Positions 53,058-64,000 of a DNA stretch of 64,000 nt are shown here, one piece after another. The position numbers and the translations under genes were made by a program. Source of the stretch: Rotaria socialis. Taxonomy: Eukaryota. Under the pieces are notes generated by a model. The model saw nothing but the letters and a program-made list of their open reading frames with translations, had not been told where the DNA came from and ran no database searches. The first letter of the stretch is position 1. The number at the start of each line of letters is the position of its first letter. Where the stretch lies: positions 62,001-126,000 of the forward strand of contig CAJNYD010000055.1 in NCBI GenBank assembly GCA_905331295.1, given 5' to 3'.

Positions 53058-53908
53058 TATTGATAGTTGATCGGGATTGCTTTATGTATCGAGAATAATT
53101 ATCACGATCAATAATGCCGTCATTGACTATAGATTCAATACAAAAATAGAACAGATATCATAATAACTTGGTTTGATACATTTTCAGATATCGAAAGAAT
53201 AGGTCACCTGATAAATCTATCTCTTGAGTGGTGTGCGTGTATTTTTTATAGAAACAAAGTTGCACAAAGAGGACTGTTAAATTTTTATCAAAGGTAAATA
53301 ACTATTTGATTACTGACTCGATGAAAATCTATCCTTCACTTACCATGCTTCAAATTTCACTGTCACTTGTGGCTTCCAAATATTCTTCACAACTAATGCT
53401 TTACTGATTCATATGCTATATATATATATATATATATGTGATTCTTTTTTTTTCTTTTTAAAGAGAAAAACACAATTTTTATTCAATGCCAACATCTGTT
53501 CACAATTTTTCTTTTTTTTTGATTTACAAAAGAGTAGAATAAAATATCAAACACAAGTCACAAACAATCATTCTTCTTCTTCTTCTTGCTTTTTTGTTGT
53601 TCTTCTCATCATTCTCTTTACATATAGAAATATCAGCGGCTAATATTTGTTCACGAGAAAAGGCTAAAGTCACTTGTTAATAATGATATCATTCCTGTCT
53701 GCTTAGGGGTTTACTTTACCTTGAGCTTACCATATAATCTAGTGCATGATTGATAGCTACCTATGAACTCGAAATGACATGGATCATATGTAAAAATCGC
53801 AATCATCCAAAACAGTTCTATTTCTGATACATTCAATACAAGACAAACAAAAAAGTTTTATTTTTAGCTTTTTGATACAGAGCAAGAGAAACAAACAGTA
53901 TAAATGAT

Positions 53909-54917
53909 TCAACTACGTAATGAGCCAGGTGGTGCAGGTGGAGCTGGACCATAGGATCGTGAACTTGACGATGAATGGTCACCTGAGTATTTATTTGATT
54001 CGAGTTTGAATGCGAATTGAAGGAAAAACTATTGACGAAAAAAACGATAGACAAGAAAATTTTACGAAACAAACGAACCTGTTTTGTTTCTGTATTATAA
54101 TATGTCCAAAATTTGCCTTCTGATTTATCAACTTCACGACTTGGAATCTTAAACAAACAATATAGAATTTTAATACGTTAAATATAAAAGCAAGGTTACT
54201 TTAAACGAGATAGTTTCATAAGGTTCGGCAGCAAAAAGTAAATATTGCCAACGACGATCCGGTGCTTCAACGTGTTGTTCGAAGCCAGACATAAAACGAT
54301 GTTTAGGTACAATATTATCTGATATTTCCGGATAGTCAATTTGAAATAAAAGTGACTGTTGTTTCGTATCTGAATATAATCAAAATTAGTTTATTTAACG
54401 ATAGTGTGTCAACTGGAACAGAGAAAATGTTTACCTGGATCACGTTGTTTTGTAACTAAAACAAATGAAAATTAGTATATGACAAAATTCATTGAATTAA
54501 ATTTACCTTTGTAGCCAGGTCGACCAATTTTAATAAATTTACGAACTTCATAATGTGGTTTCATTGGTTGAATTATATCAGATGATTGCTGATTTTCACG
54601 AGCAGCACGACGCGCTCTAGAATAGAAAATGTTGTGATAAATTAAAAATAAAGAAAAAATTAAAATACTTACAAATTCGATTGATGCTTTTTTCCTTGTG
54701 TATGAGCCAAGTAAGAGCCTTCATTATTGTGTAGTGTTAAACAAAGTTTACATTCATATGTTCCCAAATGATTTTTCATAAAATAAGGATCTTTGGCAAG
54801 ATTAATTGTTTCAAGAGCCAATTGACGTAGTCGTTCACGTCGATCGCGATTCGACTCCGATGCACTGGCAACACCACCCATACCAGTTTTACCACCAGCA
54901 CGATGTTGAAAATCCAT
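53909..54917 (-). CDS. SF3A2: Splicing factor 3A subunit 2 (SF3a66)
   Basis: MDFQHRAGGKTG..RDRRERLRQLALETI..YECKLCLTLHNNEGSYLAHTQGKKHQ, IGRPGYK, AAEPYETISFK; includes a 21-nt exon at 54436-54456. Confidence 0.97.
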
Positions 54918-55312
54918 GTTGACTTTTTTGTTGCAAGAAAAAAATTGAACTTTTCACGCTGTCTGGTAATAAAGAAACTGCTTTGCTATGTGCCTGTATT
55001 TCGCAATGACAAAATGCTTGATTTTGATTAGTCAACTAATTCGACCAATGAAAAACCATTCGGAAATACCTCCACGAAAAATTTGCAAAAAAAGATAATT
55101 TTTATATGAAAAATAAAACAAAAAAATTAATATGCATCTAAATGTTTAGTTGTATTTTACAAAAACGATGAATTTTAATTTTAGCCAATCATTGTATACT
55201 TATTGTTTATTTCCCAGTCGTCTCGTGTGTGAATTCGAATATAATTACAAATTACATTCATTTTCATTGTTTGCATTCATTCATTCATTCATTCAACGCA
55301 ATAAAAGTCAAA

Positions 55313-56416
55313 ATGATTTCCGGAAAAATTATTTTAAAATCTGGTACCAAATTATCACTTGATAAGCGGTAATATATTATTAATAGTTTTTGATTCATTC
55401 GAATCAATCATTTTAACATAGATTCACTGAAATCGCTAAACAAGCACCAGTAGCTACACCACGCATTCAACAGCAAGCGAATGTCATTATTCCATATTCA
55501 AGACAAGAACTATTTGGAAATCGACGACCCAATGTATTTCTTGCTGCACAAAGACTCAAAAAGGTCGGTTATCCCTATTTAATGGATTGCTAATAAAACA
55601 GAGATATTATATCGGATTTCATTAAATCAGAAAGTCAAGTGAAAGAAAAATATTGACGATCAAATTTAACTCTATGACATATGGATCTGAAAATTTACAT
55701 AGGAATCAAGCTTTTGTTTGGACTTATGTCACATGATCATTATTTCTATTTCAGCGAAGTATTAATTATCGTCTTGGTATGGGTGCTAATCCCAATGTAA
55801 ATCGTTCATATACAGCTTCGAACAAATCCCGTGTGTTTCAACGACTTAGTTTTGGTAATCGTCGACGTAATGACGCAGGTGCTAATCGATATTTATTCGG
55901 TGGACAAACTGGTATGGGTGTACGCCTTCGAGGGCAAGGTCGTATTCGTGGAAGTATGTGACCATTAGATTTTTTTTTTGCATGTTATAACCAATAATTT
56001 CGTTGGATTATTAGCAAGAACATTTCGTCCTCGAACACGTGGTTATTTAAATAATAATACAATTAGTCGATATGGTGGTTTTTCAAGACGTGGCAATATG
56101 AATAATCGTGGACGAGGAGGAGTAGCAGGAAGAGGAGCAAACAGAGGTGGAGGACGACGCAATGGAAACAATAATAATTTTAATCGGTAAATATAGATTT
56201 TTTTGATTTCAATGAAGTTTAACTATTGATTAAATTAGACCAAATAATCGTGGCCGTTTTGGAAATAGTTCTAATCGTGGTGGACGTGGTCGAATGAATA
56301 ATAACAACAACAACAACAATAAAAATCTAACAAAAGAAAGTCTTGATACTGAACTTGATAAATATATGGCTCAAACAAAAATTGAAAATGATTCAATTGA
56401 AATGAATGCTATTTAA
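55313..56416 (+). CDS. CHTOP: Chromatin target of PRMT1 (CHTOP/FOP)-like
   Basis: KIILKSGTKLSLDKRFT N-terminus, RG/RGG-rich middle, C-terminal TKESLDTELDKYMAQTK (UAP56-binding motif). Confidence 0.85.
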
Positions 56417-56946
56417 TTATTTACATTATAATTAAACAAGAAGCAATCATTATCAACTTAGTGTATCTATTGTGTGTGCGTGCGTGTCTCTACCAACGGA
56501 TGGATTCTTCGCTGTCTCTCTCTCTCTCTCTCTCTATCTGTCATTCTCTTTGTCTCTACTTCTTTTTTGTCTGTCTTTTTCTATTTGCCAACGTATTACG
56601 AGACAATATATATAAATACTCATTTTTCATTGACATCGTCATCGCTATACCAACTAAAATGATGGTCCATATTTGTTTTGTTTCTCGTATTACTATTACT
56701 ACGGTTAATAAAAATCAGCGTATATATGATAACTGCGAAAAAGATTAATAATTTTAAAGTTGATAGACGCAATTGGGATTTATTATTGATTGAGACAAGT
56801 TTCGGGTAAGATGATTTACATATTTCGATGATTTAATCGATTTTATGTTTTTTGTATTATAGGCTATGATAATAATGAAGAGAGAATAAAGAATTCGATT
56901 GGTTTATATGTCATGATCAGTTTCAGATTTTAATATTTATTTAACT

Positions 56947-58500
56947 ATGATTCCGAAAATATTATTGTTATTATTTAATTTGATTATTTATTGCTTTGCA
57001 CAGTATGAAGTTGATCCAAATGGTTATGTTATGTTTTGTCCTTGCATGGGTAAGCTGTGATCTTTCAGCTTTGAATTTACGATCGAGCTCAGAAATGCCA
57101 TAGAGCGAATTATTTTTATTGAATATTTTGTGTTAAGGTCGATTTGGTAATCAAGCAGAACAATTTCTTGGTGCTATTTCATTTACACGAACACTAAATC
57201 GAACACTTGTGCTTCCTCATTGGATTGAATATCCACCACGAAGTTTTACTTCAGTAAAAGCTTTTCTTAATATTTATTAGTAAATCTATTTGGTGTTCTT
57301 TTTTATAGAAACAAGTTCCGTTTGATACATATTTTCAAGTTGAACCATTACAAGATTATTTGAAAGTTATTTTAATGAAAGATTTTATGATTCATATAGC
57401 TGATAGTATATGGCCAAAAGGAAAACGATATGGTATTTCGAAAACAAAAAAGATTGTTTTCTTCGAACTATTGGTATTTTTGTTTTTTAAGTATTCTGTT
57501 ATGATGCTCAAGCAAAAGAAAATAGTGATAAGCGAAGTTGCAATGCAAAAGATGGCAATCCATTTGGACCATTTTGGTCACATTTTGATATTGATTTTGA
57601 TGGTGATGTTTTTTATCGACCACTTTTTTATGATATTTCGATTGCGGATCGTTGGAACGCAAAGTATTTTTGTTTTTAAAGCGCTAATCTTGTTAAGTTT
57701 GATGTCGATTATTCAATTTTAGATTTCCATCCAGTGAATATCCTGTTCTTGCATTTAGTGGACCACCGGGAAGTTTCCCAGGAAAGTTTTAGTTTTTGTA
57801 AAATTTATTTTTTGAGTACGTGTTTTAATTTCTTCTTTAGCTGAAGAACGTAATATTCCAATAGCCAAATATTTCATTTATACGGAGTATATTCGAAAAC
57901 AAGTAGACGAATTTTTAAGCAAAAATCAAATATCGCCAGATACATTATTGGCTCTACATATCAGAAATGGAATTGATTTTGTAAGTTTTTTCATACAATT
58001 TAAAATAATAGAAGAAACAATAACTTCGGATTTGTTTTTAGGAACGTGCCTGTACCTATACAACTGAAAATTCGAATTTTTTTGCATCGGCTCAATGTCT
58101 TGGTCATAAGCTTGAAAAAGGGATTAAATTAACAAATGAAATTTGTTATCCATCCGAAGATAATATTTTAATACAAACTGAAAACATGGTTGAAAGAATA
58201 AAACCAACTGTTGTATACGTTGCTGCTGATGGAAATCCTATGATTGATGAATTTCGAAAACTTCTTGGTAAAAAATACAATGTGAAAATAATCAAATATG
58301 AACGACCGGAAAATCAAAGTCTCGGCGAAGCAGCACATATCGATTTGTATATATTAAGTATAGCAGAACATGCCATCGTGAATTGCCCATCGACATTTTC
58401 AGCATTTGCTAAACGACAACGAGATATACGCGAGAAATCAACTGATTTCTGGGGTATTGAGAATGACAAATTAACGAATGAACCGAAATCTGATCTTTAG
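56947..58500 (+). CDS. POFUT1: GDP-fucose protein O-fucosyltransferase 1 (multi-exon)
   Basis: Signal peptide, [59 protein letters not shown]-retention-like KSDL*. Confidence 0.96.
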
Positions 58501-58826
58501 AACGATATTTTTTTGTTAACCTGTGATTTAGCTGTAACTTAGTGTGGGGATATTTCTTGAATACTCAAATATTCTACTTTGTGAAATCTCTTTTTATATT
58601 AATAAAATTATAGTAATATTTAATTGGGGAAGAATGAATAGATGCCTTTTTTTCCTCGAATGTATAAGCGAAGTAATATTATCTCTCTCTCTTTGCATAT
58701 CTACCACAAACGATTAACACGGCGTAGTGTATTACAGCAAAAAATAATTTTTTTTTTAATTTAAATTTATTTATTATAAACAATTCCGGTTATGTTCATT
58801 TCAAGTGCAACATTAATTTTTGTATC

Positions 58827-59907
58827 TCATTCCTGAGATACATTAGAAACCGGTGCGGTATCACTGGTTGTCTCTGTTGGATTACTTAATGAAGATAATG
58901 TAGCAAGCGGTGCTAAGTGCTTTGATTTATAGCTCAGACGAGAATTCTTTTTCGGTTGAAAATGAATGCTACTACACGTTGGAAAACTTGTGATTGATGA
59001 ATTTGATGGTGACCGAAATTTGGCATGTGTCATAGAACGATAATGACGAGGCGGAGCGTTGCGTGGAATACAATCATAGCCATTTAATTTTCCATATCCA
59101 GATGAATGCTTAGCTACAATTCGACGATAATCATCATCACGATCATTCTAAAAAAAAGAATTCTGTTTAGATTTTGTTTGCAAACGATTTTCATTACCGT
59201 TTTTGATTGTTTCTTTACTTCAGAGGCTCTTTCACTGAGATCCATGTTTAGAGTTTTACGTACAACATCTAATACTAGTGATGATTGAAAAAAATCTTTC
59301 AAATTAGGATCTAGCAGTGGTTCATAAGGTGGAATAACTGCATGATGTGCCGAACGAATTGAATCACTAACAAACGATACTTCACGAAGACGTAATTCAG
59401 ATTCGGTTAAACTCGGCGCGTAAAAATCCGATGAACGCAATTTAACAGGATAGCCAAATTTAAGACTTAATAATTTCGATGGTGATCTCATTGTTCCTGT
59501 TGGAGTAACCTAATTTTATGTCAAAACTTGAAGAGGAAAATCAGTGGGGAGAACAAAATACATACGGATCTACTTCTTGTTCCTATGGCATCATTTTTCT
59601 CCGATAGTCTACTCTGCGTACGGCATGGTTGATTATATGAAGTCATCGATTTATCGTGAAGCTTTGGTGCTGTAAATCCATTTCCTTTAATACGTATTGA
59701 ACTAGGCCTATTTGAATTTGTTTTCATCGGTGGTAAGCGCTTATTAGAGTTGGCAGTAAGATCCGATAAAAAAGATCGTCGTTGCTTTTGTTTTTTCTCT
59801 ACATTTGTTACAATAGTGAGAACTTGCCGATGATGAAATGCCGATCTTGAATCACTATGCAAGTTTTCCTTCGGATTGGGTGGATAATTAAGTGTTGCAA
59901 TCTGCAT
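58827..59907 (-). CDS. Unknown basic, Ser-rich protein (about 3 exons)
   Basis: Three consecutive ORFs separated by short GT-AG introns; motif YEPLLDPNLKDFF resembles the YxxLxDxxL motif of ERICH3/FSIP2-like ciliary proteins. Confidence 0.6.
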
Positions 59908-60642
59908 TGAAGTATGTCTATGTCAGTCGTTATTTTGCGTGTGTGCGTGCGTTTTCTTTTCTCTGTTTTACTATCACACCCAAACTGCGTCAACAAAATG
60001 TCTGACTTATATGCTTGAAATCAATTAACACGAACGGCTTATGATGCTATTTGTTTGAGGCAACAATCGTCAAGTTTATTTAAAGAAAAATATTGGTAAG
60101 GAATACTGTTTGTTCTATTTAATCGTCGAAATGAATTACAAATGCATTTTCAGTTGAAACAATGTTGATTTTAATAATAGATCGAAACGAAAGAAGAGAT
60201 GGTTTCACTCTTTATAAATTCTTTCTTTCTTTTTTTGACACCCAACGCCAATTTATAGTCGATTTATGCGCAAATTTTTAAATAAATTCACTTGTCATAA
60301 ACCAGTGCAATGAGTTTACTATCGAATCAGATAAATCATTCCGGCTGACTAATCACACAGCATAGAATAAATCGGATATAGACTGGCACATAGTGAGTTG
60401 CATAAGTGAAGGTTGTTGCTTGAATTTATGTGAAGGTTAATTTTTGTTTGTTTTTATTTTCTCTTCGAGATTCACGACAAGTATTATTTTCATAATAATG
60501 AAAAAGAAAGAAACATACTTGATTGTCAATCTCGATGAATTATTTCATTGCAACAAGGAATAACTCGTTTTTTTGCGTAAGATTATTCGAACTTCTACGA
60601 CTGTTAATTTATTGAAAGTCGTATAAATATTCTTTTTATATG

Positions 60643-61324
60643 AAAATAAAACCTTGTTAGCACAGCCCCTTTGGGGCTAAAATGTGAAACTCACATATAT
60701 CCCTTAGACGTACTAAAATAATTCAAAATAGTTCGTCTGAAAAATCTACCTTGATTTCCAAAACCTATAATTAGGTCATTGTCTATTTGCTTATGTCTGT
60801 AATGGAATATTAATTGTTAGCTCTTATATTTAACAGTGGCAGAAACTAGTTTCTATGGCCTGTAATGGGCAAGCATCGCTTTTTTCGTGTAGTCTGTAAT
60901 TAAAAATAAATGCGAAAACCTCGGATTTAAATCCGAGTGTTATTTGTACTTCAAAAGGTGAAAAGATATATTCACTTTTTTTTTCTATAAGACATAGATC
61001 TCATCAAGATAATCCCTTGTCACTAAATTGCAAGGAGAAAATACAGNTGTGAATAATTCTAAGAAAATTTTTTTTTTTGAAAAATCCATGTACCCCCCCC
61101 CTCAGGGTTGGATTGGTCAATAATGACAATTTTTTCGATAACTCAACCATTTCTTGACGGATCCTTCTCATCTTCGAACTCGACTGAGACATTAATGAGG
61201 CTGAACTGTGTAGAAAATTTCATCATGATCTAACTCTTCTTTCGAGAATTATCGTGTAAACGGACGGCCGGACGGACACACTGATCGATTCTAGAGTGTT
61301 CTCACTTTTTTGAGTACACAAAAA
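60643..61324 (-). mobile_element. Non-autonomous Helentron (HINE / DINE-1-like)
   Basis: Minus strand: T-run, subTIR GTGTACTCA with nearby IR TGAGAACAC, (GTCC)n microsatellite, distal subTIR TGAGTTTCAC, hairpin AGCCCCAAAGGGGCT, T-rich end. Confidence 0.75.
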
Positions 61325-62357
61325 GGATGTCTACTGCGATCAATAATTTTTCTGTATGTTCGATCCATATGTTTGAAACTATCAAATGTTCGCGAGCAAT
61401 AGAATCATGATTATAATATAAATTCATATCGATATTTTCTCGAAGCATTTCTAATGGTTTTAAATATGAAATCGGGAAAGATGTCACATCAGTTTTAGCA
61501 CTTGATGGCAATGGAGCATTTGAAACATATTTCGATGCCAAGTATTAGTGAAAAATCTGTTACATTGAGCTTTTTAAAACTTTTGTATCATTAGCTGTAA
61601 TAGCCTTTAATTTTTGATAAATATTTGTTGGCTTACGTATATCAGCTGGGTATAAACCTTTTAAAATCTATGTCTTTTAATTGATAGAATTTTTAATGTT
61701 GGTGTAAATGCATTAATCATAATAATAGCAACAAGTTCAATGGTTGATAGAACACCTTTTAAACGTATAGAATATAATCCAATGTAACGATTAAATAATG
61801 TTAAATGTTGTTTTAGCTGTAAATGATATCCGGATAAAATTTTCATTAATAAACGTGCTTCATATTCACGCAGAGGTTTTTTTTTGAAACAAATATCTCA
61901 TCATACGCTTTATACATTAATGAGCCACTTTTATCTGGATTTGTAAAATCTTTTAAATGATGTTAAAAAAATCATTGACGAAATTGTTTATTTGATATAT
62001 CAATATCTTCACGTAATTGAGAAAAGACAGTTGGTGCTAATGAATCGATCTCATCATCGATTTCTGTACTTTGAATATTAGTATCTTCTTGAATTTTTAA
62101 TTTATGATTATACGTGAATGAAATATACGATGTTGAGTACTAATGACAGCTGTTTCATTTTCTATGTATTCTTGAAGTTCTACTGTTATATCATCAAGTA
62201 AATCAATCACAGCTTGGCGTAGTGCTCGTTCAATAATTGAACTTTTTGAACTAGCATAACGTAATTCTAATGGAGATTTAACATGGGGTCCCAAATGAAA
62301 ATCTAATCGATCCCATAAATCAATAGTAGCTATACAAGCCTTCTGATATTTCATCAT
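61325..62357 (-). pseudogene. Phosphatidylinositol-phosphate 5-kinase (PIP5K) family pseudogene
   Basis: Motifs in order across frames: LAPTVFSQLRE, NPDKSGSLMY, RYIGLYSI, LKDIDF, DFSLILGI, VDIL; several frameshifts, DLKGS motif missing, HINE inserted after DIL. Confidence 0.8.
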
Positions 62358-63656
62358 TGCTAGTTACCGTACTTTATTTTATGTAATATGAAAGTAATTA
62401 AATGCTCATTATGCTTCAATAAAATCGAATGGTAGAGATATTGCCAAGAAACGGTTATCAATAGTATATGTTTTTATCAGATGGATCTTCCAGACCTAAA
62501 CAACGCTGACTAGTTTCAAAGTTGGATGAATTCAATAACAAATAATTCAGTTTTTTATTCTGAGTCGAATGATAAGTAGTTAGAATTAAACTTGAAATTT
62601 GATTATGTCATGTGAATCCTCTGTTAGTTAGTTTCTTGAAAAGCCACAAATCCCTATTCTATGCATATATGAAACGCTAGCTGATTCGTCTTCTACACCG
62701 AACGTGCATCGAGACTTTATTCGATAATACACGTATATACAATGCCTCTATCTTCTCAACTTCAAAGAACAAAAATAACGGAATTCATATCTGTTGTAGA
62801 AAAAGAATACTTGCTCATCTAAAGATAAATTAATCCTAAATCAAATTCAACCGACTGCTCAATATCCTCTTGTCCCTTTCAATCGATGTTTATTTCGTTC
62901 ACGTTTGCATAAAAGTCTAAAGAAAAAAAGATTCATTGATCATAATAAGGCATGAATAATTTATGTAAATATATATACGTGAATAAAGACGTGGAAATCG
63001 GGTGAGCGCTTGAACCAATGCCCGCATACTGCCAGTGTGAAAGCTCTGCATTGATTGAACCGATCCACTGTTGAACTTAGCTTCGATAGTGTCGTTATCT
63101 GTAGCACCCTCTATTAGATCTTCGATTACGAATGGTTGGAGGGTTTCGCTGCTGTCTAGGGAGACGAAAGCATTTTGTGCGAAGAAATTTTAAGTACAAG
63201 CATCTTACTGCTGGTTCACAACTCATTATAATATCAGACACGCACTCTTTCAAAATGCACGTTATTGTTCAATTGAAGGAAGCACTACGTTGAATAGGTG
63301 AGTGACGTGATTTTGTCAGATAATTGTTCAAGTGTAGTTGACAAATAGTGTGTGCTGTTTCCATACCAATAGCTAGAGTTAGTGACGGTTTTGCTAGCTT
63401 GTNNNNNNNNNNNNNNNNNNNNNNNNNNNNNNNNNNNNNNNNNNNNNNNNNNNNNNNNNNNNNNNNNNNNNNNNNNNNNNNNNNNNNNNNNNNNNNNNNN
63501 NNGATTCCCAGTCGAGATTCATTTTCTTTTCTTTTGTGTTCGTTCTTTTCGAGTGATAAACACACGCCGTCACACATCTTTTATTCCAAAGTATGAATAA
63601 AATTAAGTCCTGTCATACATACATTTATATATATATATATATATATATATGATTTA

Positions 63657-63814
63657 CATAAATTTCCATGTTTTTAACAGCAGCGAAAGGTTTTAGATAA
63701 CTACACAATGTGTTTCTACAAAAGTAAGTTCTGTCAACTATGGTAGTGTTTCTTTATATACATTGTGTAGTTATGTAAAAACTTTCGCTGCTATTAAAAA
63801 CATAGAAATTTATG
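63657..63814. mobile_element. MITE-like inverted repeat next to a (TA)n tract
   Basis: ~55-bp arms cataaatttccatgtttttaacagcagcgaaagg.. / ..ctttcgctgctattaaaaacatagaaatttatg with few mismatches. Confidence 0.7.
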
Positions 63815-64000
63815 GTTTTCGTATAATATAATCGTAACCCCGTAGAATTATCAATCGCGGATTTAGTAGATTTCACTGAATTGCAATTCAAATTTGTCGC
63901 ACAAAACTCCTATCGCGCAATTCGCTATAAGCTGACATGACCTCTATGTGCATTCACCCAAATGTCGCAATTCTAGTATTATATCAATGCAAAATATTTA

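Overview
AT-rich eukaryotic (animal) scaffold with three N-gaps, many short (~55-65 bp) GT-AG introns and very compact gene spacing. Gene content and style point to a bdelloid rotifer such as Rotaria (inference). Recognisable genes: SPT5, a CNTD1/COSA-1-like meiotic cyclin, GH19 chitinase with two hevein-like domains, tRNA-Lys(CTT) plus a decayed inverted copy, KCNN/SK channel, SDR dehydrogenase, Deltex-type E3 ligase, cyclin C, VPS54, two intronless EEP phosphoesterases, AIG1/GIMAP-like GTPase, USP35/38-like deubiquitinase, a CH-domain tail-anchored protein, SF3A2, CHTOP, POFUT1, several unknown genes and a PIP5K pseudogene. Many non-autonomous DNA transposons are present: hAT-type MITEs, CCCAGG-ended foldbacks, a Helentron/HINE and a TGT..ACA foldback built of palindromes. 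The best leads are: an intact crossover-designation gene in a putatively asexual lineage, plant/algal-type candidate horizontally acquired genes, and operon-like co-directional clusters with splice acceptors just upstream of ATGs. No clearly new multi-gene system could be demonstrated from sequence alone; family calls are from motif recognition, not database searches.
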